Position numbers and translations under genes: made by a program
Part shown: in pieces, positions 46,967 through 49,586 of the stretch
Layout of the letters: each line of letters starts with the position of its first letter
How positions within the stretch are numbered: the stretch's first letter is position 1
Notes under the pieces: generated by a model
Databases searched by the model: none
What the model was told of the DNA's origin: nothing
Seen by the model: the letters and a program-made list of their open reading frames with translations, nothing else
Source: Akkermansia muciniphila
GTDB lineage: Bacteria > Verrucomicrobiota > Verrucomicrobiia > Limisphaerales > JADLHS01
Direction: 5' to 3'
Assembly: GCA_945882065.1 (NCBI GenBank)
Contig: CAMCWI010000003.1
Coordinates: 1-49,586 of the forward strand
Length of the DNA stretch: 49,586 nt

Positions 46967-48094
46967 ATGAAGCGCACTTCACTTTACGAAGCTCACCAGA
47001 AACTGGGTGGCAAACTTATTGAGTTCGGCGGTTGGGAAATGCCCGTGCAATACACGAGCATCACGGACGAGCATCTTGCCGTTCGCAATGCCGCCGGGAT
47101 TTTCGACATCTCGCACATGGGTGAAGTAACCGTGAGCGGCGCGGCGGCAACGGAGTTCCTGAACAAGATTCTCACCAACGACATCCGCAAGCTCACGCCC
47201 GGCCTCGGCCAATACACTCTCATGTGCAACGAGAGCGGCGGCGTGATTGACGATCTTTACGCCTACTGCCTGTCCGCGAATGTTTTTCTGCTCATCATCA
47301 ACGCATCGCGGATCGAGCCAGATGTGGCGTGGTTGCACAAACAGGCAGCGGCCTTCGGTCGGCCCGACGATCTGACGATGAGTGACTCTTCCAACAATTA
47401 CGATGCCGTGGCGGTGCAGGGCCCCCGCGTGAAGGAATTCATAGATGGCTGTTTTTCTGGCGTGTCCAACTGTGCGATGCGCGTCGCGCGCGTCACCGAT
47501 CTGAAAAAGAACGAGATTGGCGGCTTTCCTTTCGCCGGTGCGACGATGATGGTTTCGCGCACGGGTTACACGGGCGAGGACGGTTTTGAAATCGTTGGGC
47601 GTGCGGAATCCATCGCCAAGATGTGGGACAAGCTGCTCGAAGCAGGAAAATCTTTTGGCATCAAGCCGTGCGGACTCGGCGCGCGCGATACGTTGCGCAC
47701 GGAAGTTTGTTATCCCCTCTACGGTCACGAGCTGGATGAACAGACGACGCCTATTGAAGCAGGCGTGGGATTTTTCGTCGCGTTGGACAAAGGTGAATTC
47801 ATCGGACGCAGCGTGTTGGCGGAGCAGAAGTCGAGCGGTACGAAGAAAAAGTGTGTCGCGTTCAAGCTCACGGACAAAGGCGCACCGCCGCGTCCGGGAT
47901 ATCCCATCTGGGCGAACGGCGTCGCAGTCGGGCAAGTCGTGAGCGGCACGCAAAGTCCGTCGCTCAATCTCGGCATCGGCATGGGCTACGTACCGCCGGA
48001 GTTCGCAAAGGTCGGGACAGTCATCGAGATTGAAGCACGCGGACGTCGCACCGCAGCCGTGGTGGTGGCGAAGCCGATTTACAAACGGGCTTAG
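46967..48094 (+). CDS. gcvT: Aminomethyltransferase, glycine cleavage system T protein
   Basis: FGGWEMPVQY, FDISHMGE, RTGYTGEDGFE and GLGARDTLR.E...LYGHE. Confidence 0.97.
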   Translation: MKRTSLYEAHQKLGGKLIEFGGWEMPVQYTSITDEHLAVRNAAGIFDISHMGEVTVSGAAATEFLNKILTNDIRKLTPGLGQYTLMCNESGGVIDDLYAYCLSANVFLLIINASRIEPDVAWLHKQAAAFGRPDDLTMSDSSNNYDAVAVQGPRVKEFIDGCFSGVSNCAMRVARVTDLKKNEIGGFPFAGATMMVSRTGYTGEDGFEIVGRAESIAKMWDKLLEAGKSFGIKPCGLGARDTLRTEVCYPLYGHELDEQTTPIEAGVGFFVALDKGEFIGRSVLAEQKSSGTKKKCVAFKLTDKGAPPRPGYPIWANGVAVGQVVSGTQSPSLNLGIGMGYVPPEFAKVGTVIEIEARGRRTAAVVVAKPIYKRA

Positions 48095-48204
48095 TGCGGC
48101 TGTCTTAAATCCGCGTTGACGGTACGGCGGAGTTGTCCGCATCATGCAGGCTGCTTTGCGCTCATAAGCGTGGGGCAAATTGAACTTTAACTGAAAACGA
48201 AACC

Positions 48205-49428
48205 ATGAGTCTCGACGCCCTCTATTCTGAACTGACACTGAAACCCAACGCCAAACTCGCGTTGATCGTCCTTGACGGTCTTGGCGATATTGCTACGAAG
48301 GAGCAAAGCTTTCTCACGCCGCTCGAAGCCGCCTTCACTCCGAATCTCGACGCGCTCTCCAAAAATTCTGCGCAAGGCCGCATGATTCCGGTCGCACCCG
48401 GCATCACGCCCGGCAGCGGGCCCGGACATCTCGGCTTGTTCGGTTACGATCCGTTGGAATTCCAAGTCGGACGCGGCGTCATCGAAGCACTTGGTCTTGG
48501 AGTTGAGTTGAAGGCAGGAGATGTTTGCGCGCGTGCGAATTTCGCCACGCTCGACTCAAAGGGAATTGTCACAGATCGCCGTGCCGGTCGCATCCCGACG
48601 GAGACGTGCGAAAAGCTCGTCGCGTTGTTGTCTGCGAAGATCAAAAAGATTGGCGACACTCAGATCATCATCAAGCCGGGCAAGGAACATCGCTTCGTGG
48701 TCGTGTTCCGTGGCAAAGGTCTGGAAGGCCCACTCACGGACGCCGATCCGAACCGCGAAGGTTACGCCGTGCCGACAGTGAAGCCGCGAGATCCGAAGAA
48801 TGCGAAGCAGAAAAAGATGGCGGGTTTGATCGCGGAATTTTACAAGCTCGCATTGCCGATTCTTGCGAAAGAAAAACCGGCGAATGGTTTCCTCATGCGT
48901 GGTATCGCGCATCAGCCCGAGATTCCGTTGTTTGAAGATCGTTATAAGCTCAAGCCTGCATGCCTCGCGGTTTATCCGATGTATAAAGGTCTCGCGCAAC
49001 TCGTCGGCATGAAGAAGATCGAAGGCCCGCAGACCATCGCCGAACAGTTCGATCGTTATCTGACGGAATACAACAACTACGATTTCTTCTTCATCCATTA
49101 CAAATACACGGACAAAGCGGGCGAAGACGGAAACTTTTCCGCGAAGAAGAAAGCCATCGAAGACTTCGATGCAGCATTGCCGATCTTGTTCAAGAAACGT
49201 CCCGATGTCATCGCCATCACCGGCGACCACTCCACGCCCTGCGCGATGAAGGGACATTCATGGCATCCGCAACCTGTGTTGCTGAACTCGTCAGTGAGCG
49301 GATCAGACAAGCTGGATCGTTTCACGGAAACGGGCGCGAATAACGGTTCGCTCGGAATTTTCCCGGCAAAGTTCCTTATCCGCTTGATGCAGGCGAACGC
49401 GAAGATGTTCGACAAGTTCGGCGCGTGA
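48205..49428 (+). CDS. apgM: 2,3-bisphosphoglycerate-independent phosphoglycerate mutase, archaeal type
   Basis: IVLDGLGD, TPLEAA.TPNLD, TPGSGPGHL.LFGYDP, DRRAGRI, TGDHSTP and HSWHP.P. Confidence 0.93.
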   Translation: MSLDALYSELTLKPNAKLALIVLDGLGDIATKEQSFLTPLEAAFTPNLDALSKNSAQGRMIPVAPGITPGSGPGHLGLFGYDPLEFQVGRGVIEALGLGVELKAGDVCARANFATLDSKGIVTDRRAGRIPTETCEKLVALLSAKIKKIGDTQIIIKPGKEHRFVVVFRGKGLEGPLTDADPNREGYAVPTVKPRDPKNAKQKKMAGLIAEFYKLALPILAKEKPANGFLMRGIAHQPEIPLFEDRYKLKPACLAVYPMYKGLAQLVGMKKIEGPQTIAEQFDRYLTEYNNYDFFFIHYKYTDKAGEDGNFSAKKKAIEDFDAALPILFKKRPDVIAITGDHSTPCAMKGHSWHPQPVLLNSSVSGSDKLDRFTETGANNGSLGIFPAKFLIRLMQANAKMFDKFGA

Positions 49429-49438
49429 GTTTGACGGC

Positions 49439-49544
49439 GGAGCGCGGCTGTGTCTAAAAGACCAGCCGCAGCGCGTGGATAAACTCGTGGGTATTGAATA
49501 ATCGGAAGTGCTGCGGCTGGTGCTGCTGCACACAGCCGCGCTCC
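49439..49544. repeat. MITE/REP-like palindromic element
   Basis: Perfect 15-bp terminal inverted repeat ggagcgcggctgtgt/acacagccgcgctcc and perfect 12-bp inner inverted repeat accagccgcagc/gctgcggctggt. Confidence 0.88.
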
Positions 49545-49586
49545 AGGAAGTTTCACAGTCATGCAAACACTCACGACCTATCTTTG

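Noticed and set aside
46979-48238. 419-aa minus-strand ORF
   Set aside because: Antisense shadow of gcvT; likewise 37555-38592, 2734-3585, 15179-16027 and 48556-49257 over other clear genes.
49561-49586. ATG starting MQTLTTYL at the window end
   Set aside because: Probably the start of the next gene, but 8 codons are too few to call.

Overview
This is a GC-rich bacterial chromosomal segment whose gene content points to Verrucomicrobiota, probably Pedosphaera-like subdivision 3 (inference from a DUF1549/DUF1553 + DUF1501 pair, a Minf_1886-type protein, DUF1080 proteins and a secreted protein ending in FYRL). Core content is DUF151-holA-STAS, a Tat oxidoreductase with tandem DUF1080, two ABC-2 permeases, an 8-gene Ttp-type Ton operon with a TonB-dependent receptor, gcvP, a GGQ release-factor homologue, an RpoD-like sigma factor, two SLBB/Wza-type genes, lemA with an M48 protease, a cysteine desulfurase, gcvT and apgM. 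The most notable structure is a ~9.4 kb integrase-less island bounded by a perfect 29-bp direct repeat inside gcvP, with a second, eroded gcvP 3' end at its far side. The island carries a palindrome-interrupted dinD, an orphan pilT, a soluble GAF-GAF-PAS kinase/NarL pair, an apparently secreted tandem-PAS protein, and a zeta-like toxin-antitoxin pair bracketed by 89-bp direct repeats. Several families of REP/MITE-like and heptamer palindromic elements are dispersed through the window, some in frame within genes. No rRNA, tRNA, CRISPR array, integrase or transposase was recognised. All family assignments come from motif recognition by eye, not from database searches.
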